Assembly (NCBI GenBank): GCA_044225505.1
Contig: JBGAIN010000023.1
Span: forward strand, 1 to 64,000
Direction: 5' to 3'
From: Limisphaerales bacterium
GTDB lineage: Bacteria > Verrucomicrobiota > Verrucomicrobiia > Limisphaerales > SIBE01
DNA length: 64,000 bases
The translations under genes and the position numbers were made by a program. Under the pieces are notes generated by a model. The model did no database searches and was not told the DNA's origin. It saw nothing but the letters and a program-made list of their open reading frames with translations. Positions 22,595 through 35,510 of this stretch are shown one piece after another (within the stretch, counting starts at the first letter, position 1; each line of letters opens with the position of its first letter).

Positions 22595-24988
22595 CTAAGG
22601 CGCCAGGCCGACCCGATAAAACCGCACCGGGCTATTGTCGGTGGACACTGTGGCGCGTACCGCCGTGCCAACTTTCTCGAAAGTTGCGTCAGTAACAGCC
22701 TGCCAGGTCTTGAGATCGGCGCTGGATTGCATCTGATGGCGACCGTCTGGGTCTGGCGATTCGAACTCCAACGTGAGTCTGTTTCCTAGCTTGCTCGTCT
22801 GGCGAATCGTGACAGGACCCTTGGGCCCCGCAACAATTTCCAGCCCTGCGGAAGATCCGATCAATTGCCATTGATCCGTTTCGGTATCGTCGCCAAAAGC
22901 ACCTTCCGCTGCATAGACTTCGAAGAACGCGCCGGCGACGCGTTGGAAAGCGACAAACTCGATTGCATATTCGCCTGCCGCCAAGCCCTTGAGAATGCCC
23001 CGGGTATTGCTATTGGCTGTATCGATCAGGTAGCCCATGAACTCCGGGAAGTTATCGTCGCGTACCCCCGTTCCATTGACGCTATCAAAAGGAGCTCCGA
23101 CAAAGCGCAGCGCGAAACCGTCGTCGCTATGTACCCCAATCGTCCAGTCGCCGCTGCGCGGGATTTTGACCTTCGCGTGGCCGACGATAACAAAATCGCT
23201 CGGGCTCAGTCCTTGCGCCTCGGCCGGCAACGGCTGGTGGTCCGGAAATAAGCCGCCGTTGCCTGGATTTGAGCTCAGGGCGAAGTTGATGGCCGGCACG
23301 GCCACATCCTGGAGTTTGCCTGTAAAGCCAGGTTGAGCGCTCTTGGTAATAATATCGACAGCCGAAACGATCGAATCCGCACGGCCTGCATTCCAGATTT
23401 GGCGAAGTCCCCAGTTTCCCGCCGTGCTCGCCGGACCGGCCAAGCCGGTCAATGGGAAGAACGGGGCAGGTAAAGAGAAGGTCTGTTCGGCTTTAAACGC
23501 GTTTCCACCGGCGTCCTTGCCTTCCACCGTGAGGGTGTGGGTGGATCCAGGTTCGAATGCGGCTGCTGGAGCAAACGTGATCGTGCTGATTGGAGGGGTC
23601 TTCGCCACCTTGGCGGCAACGACGACTTGGTCGAGAGACAATTTGAGGGACGTCGGGTCGATCACGCTCGTCGCCGCGTCCTCCACTTTAACAATGACAT
23701 TCGTAAAAGTCGCGGTGACCTCTTTCAAGGTCGCCGTCGTCACGACGGGCTTGTCGGACACGCTCACGTCAAAGCGGTCCGCTGTGACCACTCCATCCCC
23801 CGCGACGCGCACCTTGAGCACATGTTCGCCGTTGGGAAGGATAGGGCTCCGCCACAAGAAAACCTGTTCCGCCCTTTGGGCCGCTTTGTAAACCACTTTT
23901 GACTCAGGGCCGCCATCAATGCTGGCAAACCCGCTTCCGTGATGACTCGCCACCGTCGCGTAGATCTCAATCATCACCCCTTGAAAGCGAACCTCGAAAT
24001 AGTCGTTTTTGTTGTTATTCGATTCGTAATGATCGTTGTGAAGATAGCGCGGGTCGCTATCCCCGCCTGGTGCAGGATTCCAGGTGCCGGTATACTTGAT
24101 CTGATTCAAACCTTCGCCTTCGTCAGCAGTGTCATCAATTTTGATGATCCGGTCTGCGACCAACTCGCGCACAGAGATATTTGCGGTCACCCAGGCGGAC
24201 TTGCCGGATTTATCGGTCGCTGTGACGCGGACGGCGTGATTTCCCTGCGCGGCACCTTTCCAGGTAAAGGTGAACGGAGTCGCTGTCTTATTGGTTAAGA
24301 CCGTGGCGCCGTCGCTAAACTCGACCTTGGCCAGATCGAGGTCCGAATCTGTCACTTTCGCATCCAGGGTGATGTCCGATCCAAACGCAACCTCGTCTCC
24401 TTCATGGGGACTATTCAACACGATGAGCGGCACATGACCTGTAATATCGCCGCTTTCAAATCGGACTTCGGCCAATCCGACGGTGAATCCTTGGCCCCAA
24501 TTGGACAATCCTTTGAGTTTAACTAATCGGACATTCGTCCCGACCACGTCAAAGACCTGGGCTTTTTCGCCGCCTTCTTGAAGGGAAATCTGAGCGATCG
24601 CATTGAAGTTGGCGTTCGTCATGTTCGCATCGGAGGACACCTGCACCTCGACATCCTTCATGCCCACGTCGGTGGCGTCGGCCACATTGTAATTCCAGAT
24701 GTAAACCTTGGTCAGGTTGACCGCTTGACCCAGGTCGAATACGACATACTCCCGAATGGAACCCACTCCCGACCAGGTTTCGCCTTGATCACGGCTGTGC
24801 ACCGACGCGGGTGAGCCAATTCCAGGGGTGTCAAAACCTTGCCCGTTGATTAGAGCGTCCTGTGTTCCTTGGCCATTGGACGCAAGCACAGACACCGGTT
24901 GCAGGAACTCGGCTCGCACCGAAGTGAGAGAAGCGATGCCATAGCCGCCGAGAAGGCTAAGCCAGAAAAGTTTTAAAAGACCTTTCAT
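22595..24988 (-). CDS. Large secreted multidomain protein (discoidin/CBM-like, Ig-like and PA14-like domains, plus a C-terminal domain)
   Basis: Signal peptide; FDLG...YIWNYN; Ig-like ITLDAKVTDSD...VTATDKSG; WTIGVHSDDGF (PA14-like); QSSADLKTW...RFYRV. Confidence 0.75.
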   Translation of the reverse strand: MKGLLKLFWLSLLGGYGIASLTSVRAEFLQPVSVLASNGQGTQDALINGQGFDTPGIGSPASVHSRDQGETWSGVGSIREYVVFDLGQAVNLTKVYIWNYNVADATDVGMKDVEVQVSSDANMTNANFNAIAQISLQEGGEKAQVFDVVGTNVRLVKLKGLSNWGQGFTVGLAEVRFESGDITGHVPLIVLNSPHEGDEVAFGSDITLDAKVTDSDLDLAKVEFSDGATVLTNKTATPFTFTWKGAAQGNHAVRVTATDKSGKSAWVTANISVRELVADRIIKIDDTADEGEGLNQIKYTGTWNPAPGGDSDPRYLHNDHYESNNNKNDYFEVRFQGVMIEIYATVASHHGSGFASIDGGPESKVVYKAAQRAEQVFLWRSPILPNGEHVLKVRVAGDGVVTADRFDVSVSDKPVVTTATLKEVTATFTNVIVKVEDAATSVIDPTSLKLSLDQVVVAAKVAKTPPISTITFAPAAAFEPGSTHTLTVEGKDAGGNAFKAEQTFSLPAPFFPLTGLAGPASTAGNWGLRQIWNAGRADSIVSAVDIITKSAQPGFTGKLQDVAVPAINFALSSNPGNGGLFPDHQPLPAEAQGLSPSDFVIVGHAKVKIPRSGDWTIGVHSDDGFALRFVGAPFDSVNGTGVRDDNFPEFMGYLIDTANSNTRGILKGLAAGEYAIEFVAFQRVAGAFFEVYAAEGAFGDDTETDQWQLIGSSAGLEIVAGPKGPVTIRQTSKLGNRLTLEFESPDPDGRHQMQSSADLKTWQAVTDATFEKVGTAVRATVSTDNSPVRFYRVGLAP

Positions 24989-25335
24989 AATCCGAATTTA
25001 ATTTTTGGTTGGGAAACGACCCGACCCTAACAGCTCCGTTTTGGAAGATCAACTGTGAGCGTCGTCAGTTCCCGACCTTTCGGCGTGATTAGCAGTGGAT
25101 GTGAGTAGGCGAAGCGCTCGTCGGAGTCGCCCTACCCCCGCTCTATTTGAAAACAAACCGAAACCGCCACGACTCTTGGCTCACCGCACCCAATTTCGAC
25201 AACGCCCTCGACGCGTTGATTTGAAAAGTCACCTGCCCAGCCGTCCCGGCGCCCATGTCGGGCGCCGATGCTCTGTTTCATGCGGTAGCGAACGGCGAGA
25301 CAACGACCGACTTGGAGCCGACGAGCCTCGAAGGC

Positions 25336-27396
<2,061 letters not shown>

Positions 27397-27431
27397 TCAA
27401 GACTGCCTGTAACCTGAAACGCTCTGGCAAC

Positions 27432-29112
27432 GTGAATTTCATCGAGAACGAGTCTGCCACGAAACTCCGAGGCGGGTTTTATACCGACCCAGCGGTGGCC
27501 GCGTTCTTGAATCGATGGGTCCTGGCTGGCCAACCGAAAAGTGTGTTGGAACCAAGCTGTGGCGATGGCGCGTTCCTGGTCAGTCTAATACAGTCGAATG
27601 CCCAATCCCTACAGAGGATTGTCGGTTGGGAACTCGATCCTGAAGAAGCTGCCAAAGCCGCAGAGCGCACCAGGCATTCTCACTCTCCCAGGGTGGAAGT
27701 TCGAGTGGGCGATTTCCTCCAATGGTTCGTCGCGCCAGGGAGAGAGTCAGTCCAGTTTGATGCCGTCGTGGGAAATCCGCCGTTCATTCGTTACCAGTAT
27801 TTGGATCTCGAACGTCAACGGGTTGGGGAACGTATCTTTAGCCAATTCGGGCTCTCCTTCACGATGCATACGAACGCTTGGGTCCCATTTGTGATCGCCG
27901 CCCTGGCTTTGCTCGCCCCGGGAGGACGGCTCGCCATGGTTATCCCCTCGGAACTATTGCATATCCGACACGCAGGTTCGCTCCGCCGGTATCTTCTGGA
28001 TCAATGCGCCAGCATCGTAGTTCTCGACCCCGAAGAGTTGTTATTCGGAGACGCCTTGCAAGGAGTAGTCCTGCTCCTGGCACAAAAGCGTTCGTCGCCA
28101 CGGACTCAGCCAGCCCGTCTGGCCGTCCACACCTTGCGCAGCCGCGATTTCCTGCGTTGCGATCCAGAAGTAATTTGCTCCCAGATTCCCAGCACGCCGT
28201 GCACCGGCTCGACCGATAAATGGATGGCTCTGCTCTTAGATCTGCCCGAACGCGCCCTCCTCAATCAGCTCGCTGCGGATCCAGGATTTGTCCGCTTCCA
28301 AAACATCGCTGAAGTCGATGTTGGTATCGTCACAGGGGCGAACAGCTTCTTTCTCGTCCCGGATGAAGTAGTGGAACGGTTTGGATTGCACCGCTGGGCG
28401 TATCCGATGTTCGGCCGCAGCGACCACGTCCGCGGCATGATTTATCATCCATCCGACCACGAAAACAATCGGCGTGCAGGGCTGCCTGCGCACTTCCTCT
28501 GGTTCGATGATGCGGACATCCACACGTTCCCCGGAAAGCGTCCAGGAGTACTTCCGCGTGGGCGTTGCGCAAGGGCTGCCACACCGATACAAATGCCGCG
28601 TGCGGGAGCCTTGGTTTCGGGTCCCGTCTGTGTCGACCACGCCGGTCGCAATGCTCAAACGCGCTCACCATTTTCCGCGCCTCATCCTAAATGCGGCAGA
28701 CGCTTTCACCACGGACACGGCCTATCGGGTCAAAATCAAGGAAGGAACCGAAGTCAGTTGGGTCTACGCGTCTTTTAATACTCTGACTTGTCTCTCCGCG
28801 GAGCTGGAAGGTCGCCATTATGGAGGGGGTGTCCTGGAATTGGTCCCCTCTGAAATTGAACGTCTGCTTCTGCCACGCGTTACCGCAGAAGCGCGTGACC
28901 TCGACGAACTCGATCGGCGTTACCGAAGTTGCGCTGATCCCACGGCTTTGCTGCAAAGCCAGGATACCAAGGTCCTGCGGGCCGTCGGATTGACCTCCTC
29001 CGAAATCAGCCTTTTGCAGAACGCCTGGGGAAAGCTCAAGCTTCGCCGTCAAAGAAAGCCTAACCCTTCGGACTCTAGCGGAGCAGCCACTGAGCCCTCG
29101 AACATCGAGTGA
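27432..29112 (+). pseudogene. N6-adenine DNA methyltransferase (Eco57I/TaqI-like gamma class), frameshifted near 28529-28532
   Basis: The first frame carries KLRGGFYT, LEPSCGDG and GNPPFIRY. The methylase-like C-terminus (YKCRVREPW, AELEGRHYGGGVLELVPSE) continues in the +1 frame. Deleting one C from TTCCCCGG gives a single 559-aa ORF. Confidence 0.8.
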
Positions 29113-29162
29113 GTTGTGATCCATTCGTCGTTGGAGTATATCGACAGCTTGGATTGCCCATC

Positions 29163-30164
29163 ATGCGTGACTCAACGAATTGCGACCGGATCGACACCGC
29201 TGACGTAGCCCGCGCCGTGGCAGAACTTCGCTCCGGACACGTCGTCGCCCTGCCCACCGAGACAGTTTACGGCTTGGCCGCTAACGCCCTCGACACCGCG
29301 GCGGTCGCGCGGATATTCGCAGCGAAAGGGCGCCCAGCAGAAAATCCAATTATTGTGCATGTCGCTGATATTGCGATGGCTCAGACTTGCGTTCGAGAAT
29401 GGCCCGACTTGGCCCAGAAACTCGCGGACGCGTTTTGGCCCGGACCACTGACTCTGGTGCTGCCGAAGTCGGAACGGATTCCTCCCATGGTTACGGCCGG
29501 CGGCGATACCGTAGGAATTCGCTGTCCGAAGCACCCTGTATTTCAAGCAATCCTCCAGCAGTGTGGCTTTCCCCTGGCGGCGCCGAGCGCCAATTTGTCT
29601 GGGCAAATATCACCGACGACCGCGGAACATGTCCGGCAAAGCCTCGGCGATCGAATCCCTTTGATTGTCGATGGCGGACCGGCGGAGATAGGAATCGAAT
29701 CGACCGTCCTGGATTTGTCTGTACGACCGCCGGTGATCTTGAGACCGGGCATGATTCATGAAGAGTCGCTCTCCGCCGTGACTGGCTCTCTGCGTCAAAA
29801 GCCAACCCGCGCGCATGGAGTGCTGCGCAGCCCAGGAATGCTCCTCACGCACTACGCTCCTAAAGCCAAGGTTTGGATCTTGCCTGGGGCGGACTGGGCG
29901 GAACTGCGAGACAAAGCGGCAAGAGAGCGGTGGCTCCCGGACCAGGTCCATGTGTTGAGCTGGTCAGGATTGAGCGCGGGAATGGAAGGGTGCCGGAGCT
30001 GCCGCATGCCGAGCAACCCCGTCGCCTATGCCAAAGCGCTCTACAGTGAGTTCCACCGGTGCGACGCAGAGAAAGCGCGATGGATTGTCGTGGAATCTGT
30101 GCCAAACACCACGGAGTGGCAGGGAATCGCCGATCGGTTGAAACGGGCCGCCGCTGAGTTGTGA
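29163..30164 (+). CDS. sua5: L-threonylcarbamoyladenylate synthase (Sua5/TsaC with C-terminal Sua5 domain)
   Basis: PTETVYGLA, KGRPAENP, FWPGPLT, AAPSANLSG, GIESTV, PGMLLTHYAP. Confidence 0.93.
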   Translation: MRDSTNCDRIDTADVARAVAELRSGHVVALPTETVYGLAANALDTAAVARIFAAKGRPAENPIIVHVADIAMAQTCVREWPDLAQKLADAFWPGPLTLVLPKSERIPPMVTAGGDTVGIRCPKHPVFQAILQQCGFPLAAPSANLSGQISPTTAEHVRQSLGDRIPLIVDGGPAEIGIESTVLDLSVRPPVILRPGMIHEESLSAVTGSLRQKPTRAHGVLRSPGMLLTHYAPKAKVWILPGADWAELRDKAARERWLPDQVHVLSWSGLSAGMEGCRSCRMPSNPVAYAKALYSEFHRCDAEKARWIVVESVPNTTEWQGIADRLKRAAAEL

Positions 30165-30196
30165 TTTCGCCCCGACTCCGCCCGAAAGCCTTGTCA

Positions 30197-32161
30197 TCAA
30201 ACCGGTCCTCGATCCTCCTGGGAGTGGGACTCTAATACCGAGGGCACCATCTCTGGCGTTGCCTCGGGCACGTCGGGCGTTGGTTCGCCGATCATGGCGT
30301 AGAACGACTCGCGATCCAAGGTTTCGCGTTTTAGCAACTCGGTCGCGATCACGTCTAATTGGTCGCGATACTGAATCAACAGGGCTTTGGCTTCGGCGTA
30401 GCAACGATCCAGCAGCTTTTTCACTTCCAGATCGATTTCGCGCGCGGTTTCTTCACTGCAATCCCGTTGAAAACTGCCGTCGGCGCCGGCCAGGGCATAA
30501 CCGTTTTGGCGGAGAGCGGTGTGCGCTAGACCGAGCTTCTCGTTCATTCCATAGATGCAGACCATTTGGCGAGCCAGGACCGTCGCCCGTTCCAAATCAT
30601 TCTCCGCCCCCGTCGTAATTTCATTAAAAACAATTTCCTCCGCCGCACGGCCACCCAGCACGCCTCGGATCCGATCGGTCAATTCCGATCGGCTCAGAAG
30701 AAATTGGTCGTCATTTGGCAGCTGCATCGTGTAGCCCAATGCGGCGCGGCCACGCGGCACAATGCTGATCTTGTGCACGGGATCGGAGTGAGTGCTATGA
30801 GCGGCCACCAAGGCATGCCCGACCTCATGATAAGCCACACGTCGCTTTTGCTCGTCATTCAAGCGCCGGCTCTTCCGTTCCGGACCGGCCACGACCTTCT
30901 CGATCGCCTCCTCCAAATCTACCTGCTCAATCACCCGGGCATGCCGGCGTGCGGCCAGAAGCGCGCTTTCATTCAGGGCGTTGGCTAAGTCCGCACCAGA
31001 AAACCCGGGCGTCGCTTGGGCAATGCGGCGCAAGTTCACCGTCTGTCCGAGAGGCTTTTCGCGAACATGCACCTTGAGGATTGCCTCGCGACCGTCGATG
31101 TCAGGCGCATCCACAATCACCTGTCGATCAAAACGGCCCGGTCGAAGCAAGGCGCGATCGAGAACGTCAGGACGATTGGTAGCGGCCAGAAGAATGACGC
31201 CGGCGTTGGCCTGGAAGCCGTCCATTTCCACGAGCAACTGGTTGAGGGTTTGCTCTCGTTCATCATTCACGGCGCCCACATGCACACCGCGCTGACGCCC
31301 GATAGCGTCCAACTCGTCGATAAAAATAATGCAGGGGGCTTTCCCTTTGGCTTGGAGAAAAAGATCGCGCACCCGAGCAGCCCCCACGCCCACGAACATT
31401 TCGACAAAGTCACTGCCGCTCAAAGAGAAGAACGGGACTTTGGCTTCGCCAGCGACCGCACGTGCCAGCAATGTTTTGCCCGTGCCCGGCGGGCCAACCA
31501 ATAGCACTCCTTTGGGAATCTTCGCGCCCAGCGACTTGTACCGATCCGGGTTTCTAAGAAAATCGACCACCTCTTGCAACTCGTATTTCGCTTCATCGCA
31601 GCCCGCGACGTCCGTAAACTTCACTCCAGTGTCTTGATCGACGAGCACCCGCGCGCGCGTTTTGCCAAAGCTCAGAACGGACTCGCCCGCGGAGCCGAGC
31701 CGCCGGCTGAGAAATATCCATAACAACACCATCAAGCCGATCGGCACGACCCACATCCAAAATACCGCCGAGACGATCCCGGGACGCACTCCCTGGTATT
31801 CGACTTTGGCCGCGTCGAGTTCCTTTACGAGCTCGGGATCATCAACCCGAACGGTGCGGAAGCTAAAGCTATCGGCCGCGTTCGTTTGCCCCGCGGTCAC
31901 TGGCTCGGGTTGGCGATGAATGCGGCCATTGATTTCGTCGCGACTTAACGCCACGGCTTTCACTTCGCCTTTGGCCAGAGCGGATTTGAACTCGCTGTAA
32001 GAAATAGTCCGGACGGCGAGAGGAAGAACTTCCTGCCAAGCGAGCAACAGGAGCATCATGACCAAGAGGTAACCGGCATAAAACCGCCAAGGCGGTTTCA
32101 CTGGCGCCGGTTGGCCTGATTTCCGGTTTCCCTTTCGCTTTTTGGGCGTCTCCTGGCGCAT
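30197..32161 (-). CDS. ftsH: ATP-dependent zinc metalloprotease FtsH
   Basis: Two TM segments, [24 protein letters not shown]...RPGRFDR, HEVGH. Confidence 0.96.
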   Translation of the reverse strand: MRQETPKKRKGNRKSGQPAPVKPPWRFYAGYLLVMMLLLLAWQEVLPLAVRTISYSEFKSALAKGEVKAVALSRDEINGRIHRQPEPVTAGQTNAADSFSFRTVRVDDPELVKELDAAKVEYQGVRPGIVSAVFWMWVVPIGLMVLLWIFLSRRLGSAGESVLSFGKTRARVLVDQDTGVKFTDVAGCDEAKYELQEVVDFLRNPDRYKSLGAKIPKGVLLVGPPGTGKTLLARAVAGEAKVPFFSLSGSDFVEMFVGVGAARVRDLFLQAKGKAPCIIFIDELDAIGRQRGVHVGAVNDEREQTLNQLLVEMDGFQANAGVILLAATNRPDVLDRALLRPGRFDRQVIVDAPDIDGREAILKVHVREKPLGQTVNLRRIAQATPGFSGADLANALNESALLAARRHARVIEQVDLEEAIEKVVAGPERKSRRLNDEQKRRVAYHEVGHALVAAHSTHSDPVHKISIVPRGRAALGYTMQLPNDDQFLLSRSELTDRIRGVLGGRAAEEIVFNEITTGAENDLERATVLARQMVCIYGMNEKLGLAHTALRQNGYALAGADGSFQRDCSEETAREIDLEVKKLLDRCYAEAKALLIQYRDQLDVIATELLKRETLDRESFYAMIGEPTPDVPEATPEMVPSVLESHSQEDRGPV

Positions 32162-32173
32162 TCTCGTTTGGAT

Positions 32174-32821
32174 CTAGAAGAGTTTGCCCTTCTGATCCGC
32201 GATCGCGTCGAGCGTAAACTGGACGGCGACTGCTGCCAGGAGCAAACCCATAATCCGAGTCGTGATCCGCAATGCAATCGGACTGATCCAACCTACTCCG
32301 TGTGCTGCCAAACGCAAAACGACGTAGCAAAGAAAGCAAACCAAAGTGATGCATCCGAGCAAGGCCACCTCCTCTACCCAACCTCGCGCTTGCGACCGGA
32401 GCAGGATCGCCGTGGAGATAGCGCCTGGACCGGCCAGCATTGGCACGGCCAGCGGCGTAATAGCGATGTCCTCCTTGATCGTGCCGGCATCTTTCTCCTC
32501 GCGAGTCTCTTGCACGGGCGAACGGCGCGCTTGCAGCATGTCGAGCGCAATCAGAAGCAATACAATGCTCCCGGCAATCTTGAACGAGGCCAGCGTAATT
32601 CCGAATAGCCCGAACAATTTCTCCCCTGTAACCGTGAAAAAGAACAGGATGCCAGCGGAAACCCAGGCGGCCAAGGCGGCCATGCGCGTCCGCTGCTGCG
32701 GTGTATCCGTTGGAGTCATCGCGAGAAAGGCTGGAATCAACGCGATCGGATCCATGATCACGAAGAGAGAACTCGTTGCGAGCAGGATGAACTCTAGCAA
32801 CGTGTGTTCATGTGAGTTCAT
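32174..32821 (-). CDS. MarC family membrane protein
   Basis: LFVIMDP, IAITPLAVPMLAGPGAI, TRIMGLLLAA. Confidence 0.92.
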   Translation of the reverse strand: MNSHEHTLLEFILLATSSLFVIMDPIALIPAFLAMTPTDTPQQRTRMAALAAWVSAGILFFFTVTGEKLFGLFGITLASFKIAGSIVLLLIALDMLQARRSPVQETREEKDAGTIKEDIAITPLAVPMLAGPGAISTAILLRSQARGWVEEVALLGCITLVCFLCYVVLRLAAHGVGWISPIALRITTRIMGLLLAAVAVQFTLDAIADQKGKLF

Positions 32822-34187
32822 TCGAGCACGGCGCCAAAACGGCTTCTTTCATGCCGTGAATAATCTTCTTATCCGCAGGACAGACCGTCGCCAGAACGCC
32901 ACCTAATTGCGCCCGCGCCGAGTCTCCTTCGCCAACGACAAAATAGAATGGGCAAAGACGCACGCGGCCTTTCATCGGCACACTCTCATTCCGGCCAAAG
33001 TCGAACCATTGGAAATCGACGGTTTTGGGTTTGTGATAGCGTTGTAGCACAAAGGGGCTCTGATCGAAGGTGCGCAAAGCCAAGTCGACCGCATGACTCC
33101 ATTCCGCCGCTGACAGATCGCTGCCTAAGTATACGCCGCGCGCCCCCCAGGCTGTCTCAGCGAAGCCCGACACTTTCAGGATCAAATCACGTTCGCGCTG
33201 CGAAAGAGTCTTCAGCTGATGCCAGTCCGTCAAATCGAGTCGCGGAATGGCCGCATGCGGCGGCAATGGCGCTGGATCCACCAGCCAGGTGTAAGGCACA
33301 ATCTGGCAGAGCCGTTCGAGAAAACCTTCTCCCAATTCTCGTCGCCAAAAGCCCCGCAAATTCTGGTTCCAGAGGAGGGCAAAGAGCATTTTCTCCTCAA
33401 AGATCGGCTTGAGAGGAGGCGTCAGCCCAATCTGCTCCCGTAAGGCAAGCTCGCAAAGCAAAGGCGCGTTCGCGACATTCGGCAGATCAAATAGTTCGAA
33501 GAAGCGGTAAACGCCATCCCCCACCCCGAACTCCTGAAACGTGGCGTCGCGAACCTTGAATCGCTCTGGGCCAAGCTGCTGAGCCATCCACTGCATCTCC
33601 GGGCGATAAGTTGACGATTCGTCCGAGACCACAATGTGCACCTGGGGTGCGGTGCCAAAGATCCCTTCGAACCCTCGCAACATGCCTTGAGCTCCACCGA
33701 CAATAGCCTGGCTGCCCGGCCCATTTGAAGCGGCAGCATCTCCCCCCGTCTCGCGCATCGCGTCGTAAGTCTGATTCAGCCAGGCCGTCAATCCAATCCC
33801 GCCTGGGACGCTATCCAACTCCGTCACAGCTAGCCCGTCTTCCACGAGTAACAAGTCAGGCCGAATTACCCGTGGGATATCATTCTTAAAGACGGCCGCT
33901 CGCTGCAGTTCCACTAACTCCTTCGGTTTGCCTTTGTCCATCCATTCCGCGACCCAACCCGGCTGCTTTCCGGCAGCGCTCTGACGGTAAAGCAGATTCA
34001 CGGCGCGATAGAACTTGAGCAGGACACGACCGAGAGATTCCAGTTCCTGAACCAATTGGGAGCTCAAGGGGAACGGATACGGTGAAACGCGCCATTCCTG
34101 GCCCGCGAAAAGTCCACCTTCCGGAAGCCGCTCCTGGACGAAACGCGCTCGTTCGACGGCGCTCATGCTGGATGAATCGAGAGCCAT
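32808..34187 (-). CDS. Uncharacterised ATP-grasp-like ligase (glutathionylspermidine-synthase / circularly permuted ATP-grasp-like)
   Basis: IRPDLLL, TELDSVPGG, LILKVSG...WGARGV and FVLQRY match the R-x-D, E-x-N/D, K...GxxGV and Q layout of permuted ATP-grasp ligases. Confidence 0.6.
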   Translation of the reverse strand: MALDSSSMSAVERARFVQERLPEGGLFAGQEWRVSPYPFPLSSQLVQELESLGRVLLKFYRAVNLLYRQSAAGKQPGWVAEWMDKGKPKELVELQRAAVFKNDIPRVIRPDLLLVEDGLAVTELDSVPGGIGLTAWLNQTYDAMRETGGDAAASNGPGSQAIVGGAQGMLRGFEGIFGTAPQVHIVVSDESSTYRPEMQWMAQQLGPERFKVRDATFQEFGVGDGVYRFFELFDLPNVANAPLLCELALREQIGLTPPLKPIFEEKMLFALLWNQNLRGFWRRELGEGFLERLCQIVPYTWLVDPAPLPPHAAIPRLDLTDWHQLKTLSQRERDLILKVSGFAETAWGARGVYLGSDLSAAEWSHAVDLALRTFDQSPFVLQRYHKPKTVDFQWFDFGRNESVPMKGRVRLCPFYFVVGEGDSARAQLGGVLATVCPADKKIIHGMKEAVLAPCSNELT

Positions 34188-34189
34188 GG

Positions 34190-35476
34190 CTAAGCGCGAA
34201 CCTGACCGGTGCCGATGCCCATCCATTTATAGCTGGTAAGTTCCTCCAGCCCCATCGGACCCCGCGCGCCAATCTTATCGGTGCTAATTCCAATCTCAGC
34301 GCCCATCCCGAATTCCCCGCCGTCCGTGAATCGAGTCGAGGCGTTCCAATATACGGCCGCGGAATCGATCTCGGCTAAGAACCGTTGTGCCCGGCTCTCA
34401 TTTTGGGTGACAATGGTATCCGAGTGTGCCGACCCGTATTGCGTGATATGATCCATAGCCGCCGGCAAATCCTGAACAATCCGAACGTTCAAAATGTAAT
34501 CGTTGTATTCCGTGGACCAATCTTGTTCGGTCGCCAGTTTCGTGTTCAACGAAGCGAGTTCAGGAACGCGGGAAAGAATGTTTTGCGCCGCCGCATCCAC
34601 GCGAAGCTCCACTCTCTTTTCGCCGAGCTTCCTGGCAATCTGCGGCAAAAACACCTCGGCGACACAGCGATCCACCAGCAACGTCTCCATCGCATTACAG
34701 ACGGCCGGACGCTGAACCTTCGCATTCATGACGATCGCTTCCGCCATTCCCAGATCCGCATCCCGATCGATGAAAACGTGGCATACGCCCTTGTAATGCT
34801 TAATCACAGGCACTTTGGAGCATTCAGCCACGGCCCGAATCAGACCCTCGCCCCCGCGAGGCATGCAAAGATCAACGTATTCGGTAAGCGACAACAATTC
34901 TCGGATTGCCTCCCGATCCGACGTGGGCACCACCTGGATCGCATGTTCCGGGACGGTCGGAAGCGTCTTTCGAGCTGAGTTGACCAGCAATTCGGCAATC
35001 CGCTGGTTGGACTGCATTGCTTCCTTCCCTCCCCGGAGAATCGTCGCGTTGCCAGATTTGAAGCACAACGCCGCCGCGTCGGCCGTCACGTTCGGGCGCG
35101 ATTCGTAAATGATCACGATTACTCCGATCGGGGTGGAAACCTTGCGCAACTTCAAGCCATTCGGCCGAATTCGCTCCTCAAGGATCCGGCCCACCGGATC
35201 TGGGAGCGCAGCGACCTCGCGCAACCCCTGTGCCATAGCGGCAATGCGCTTATCATCAAGCTTTAGGCGATCGAGCATGGCCGACGAAAGTCCCATTTGG
35301 GCCGCCGTTCCCATATCCAGCTCGTTTGCCCGCTTTAAGGTGTCGCTCCCCGCTTCAAGAGCGTCCGCCATAGCCCGCAAGCAACTGTTTTTCTCTTCCG
35401 TGCGGAGCTTTGCCAAATCTCGCGCCGCGCGTTTCGCCTGCCGGGCCAGCTGCGACATCTGGTCCGCTAGATTCAT
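34190..35476 (-). CDS. proA: Gamma-glutamyl phosphate reductase
   Basis: IYESRPNVT, ILRGGKEA, PRGGEGLI, CNAMETLLV, NASTRFTDGGEFGMGAEIGIST. Confidence 0.97.
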   Translation of the reverse strand: MNLADQMSQLARQAKRAARDLAKLRTEEKNSCLRAMADALEAGSDTLKRANELDMGTAAQMGLSSAMLDRLKLDDKRIAAMAQGLREVAALPDPVGRILEERIRPNGLKLRKVSTPIGVIVIIYESRPNVTADAAALCFKSGNATILRGGKEAMQSNQRIAELLVNSARKTLPTVPEHAIQVVPTSDREAIRELLSLTEYVDLCMPRGGEGLIRAVAECSKVPVIKHYKGVCHVFIDRDADLGMAEAIVMNAKVQRPAVCNAMETLLVDRCVAEVFLPQIARKLGEKRVELRVDAAAQNILSRVPELASLNTKLATEQDWSTEYNDYILNVRIVQDLPAAMDHITQYGSAHSDTIVTQNESRAQRFLAEIDSAAVYWNASTRFTDGGEFGMGAEIGISTDKIGARGPMGLEELTSYKWMGIGTGQVRA

Positions 35477-35482
35477 TGTATG

Positions 35483-35510
35483 AACTTAAGCGAACTCCGC
35501 GAAGTTGAAA
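35483..35510 (-). promoter_or_regulatory. sigma70-like promoter, leaderless proA
   Basis: Minus strand TTTCAA-16 nt-TAAGTT-6 nt-ATG(35476). Confidence 0.45.
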
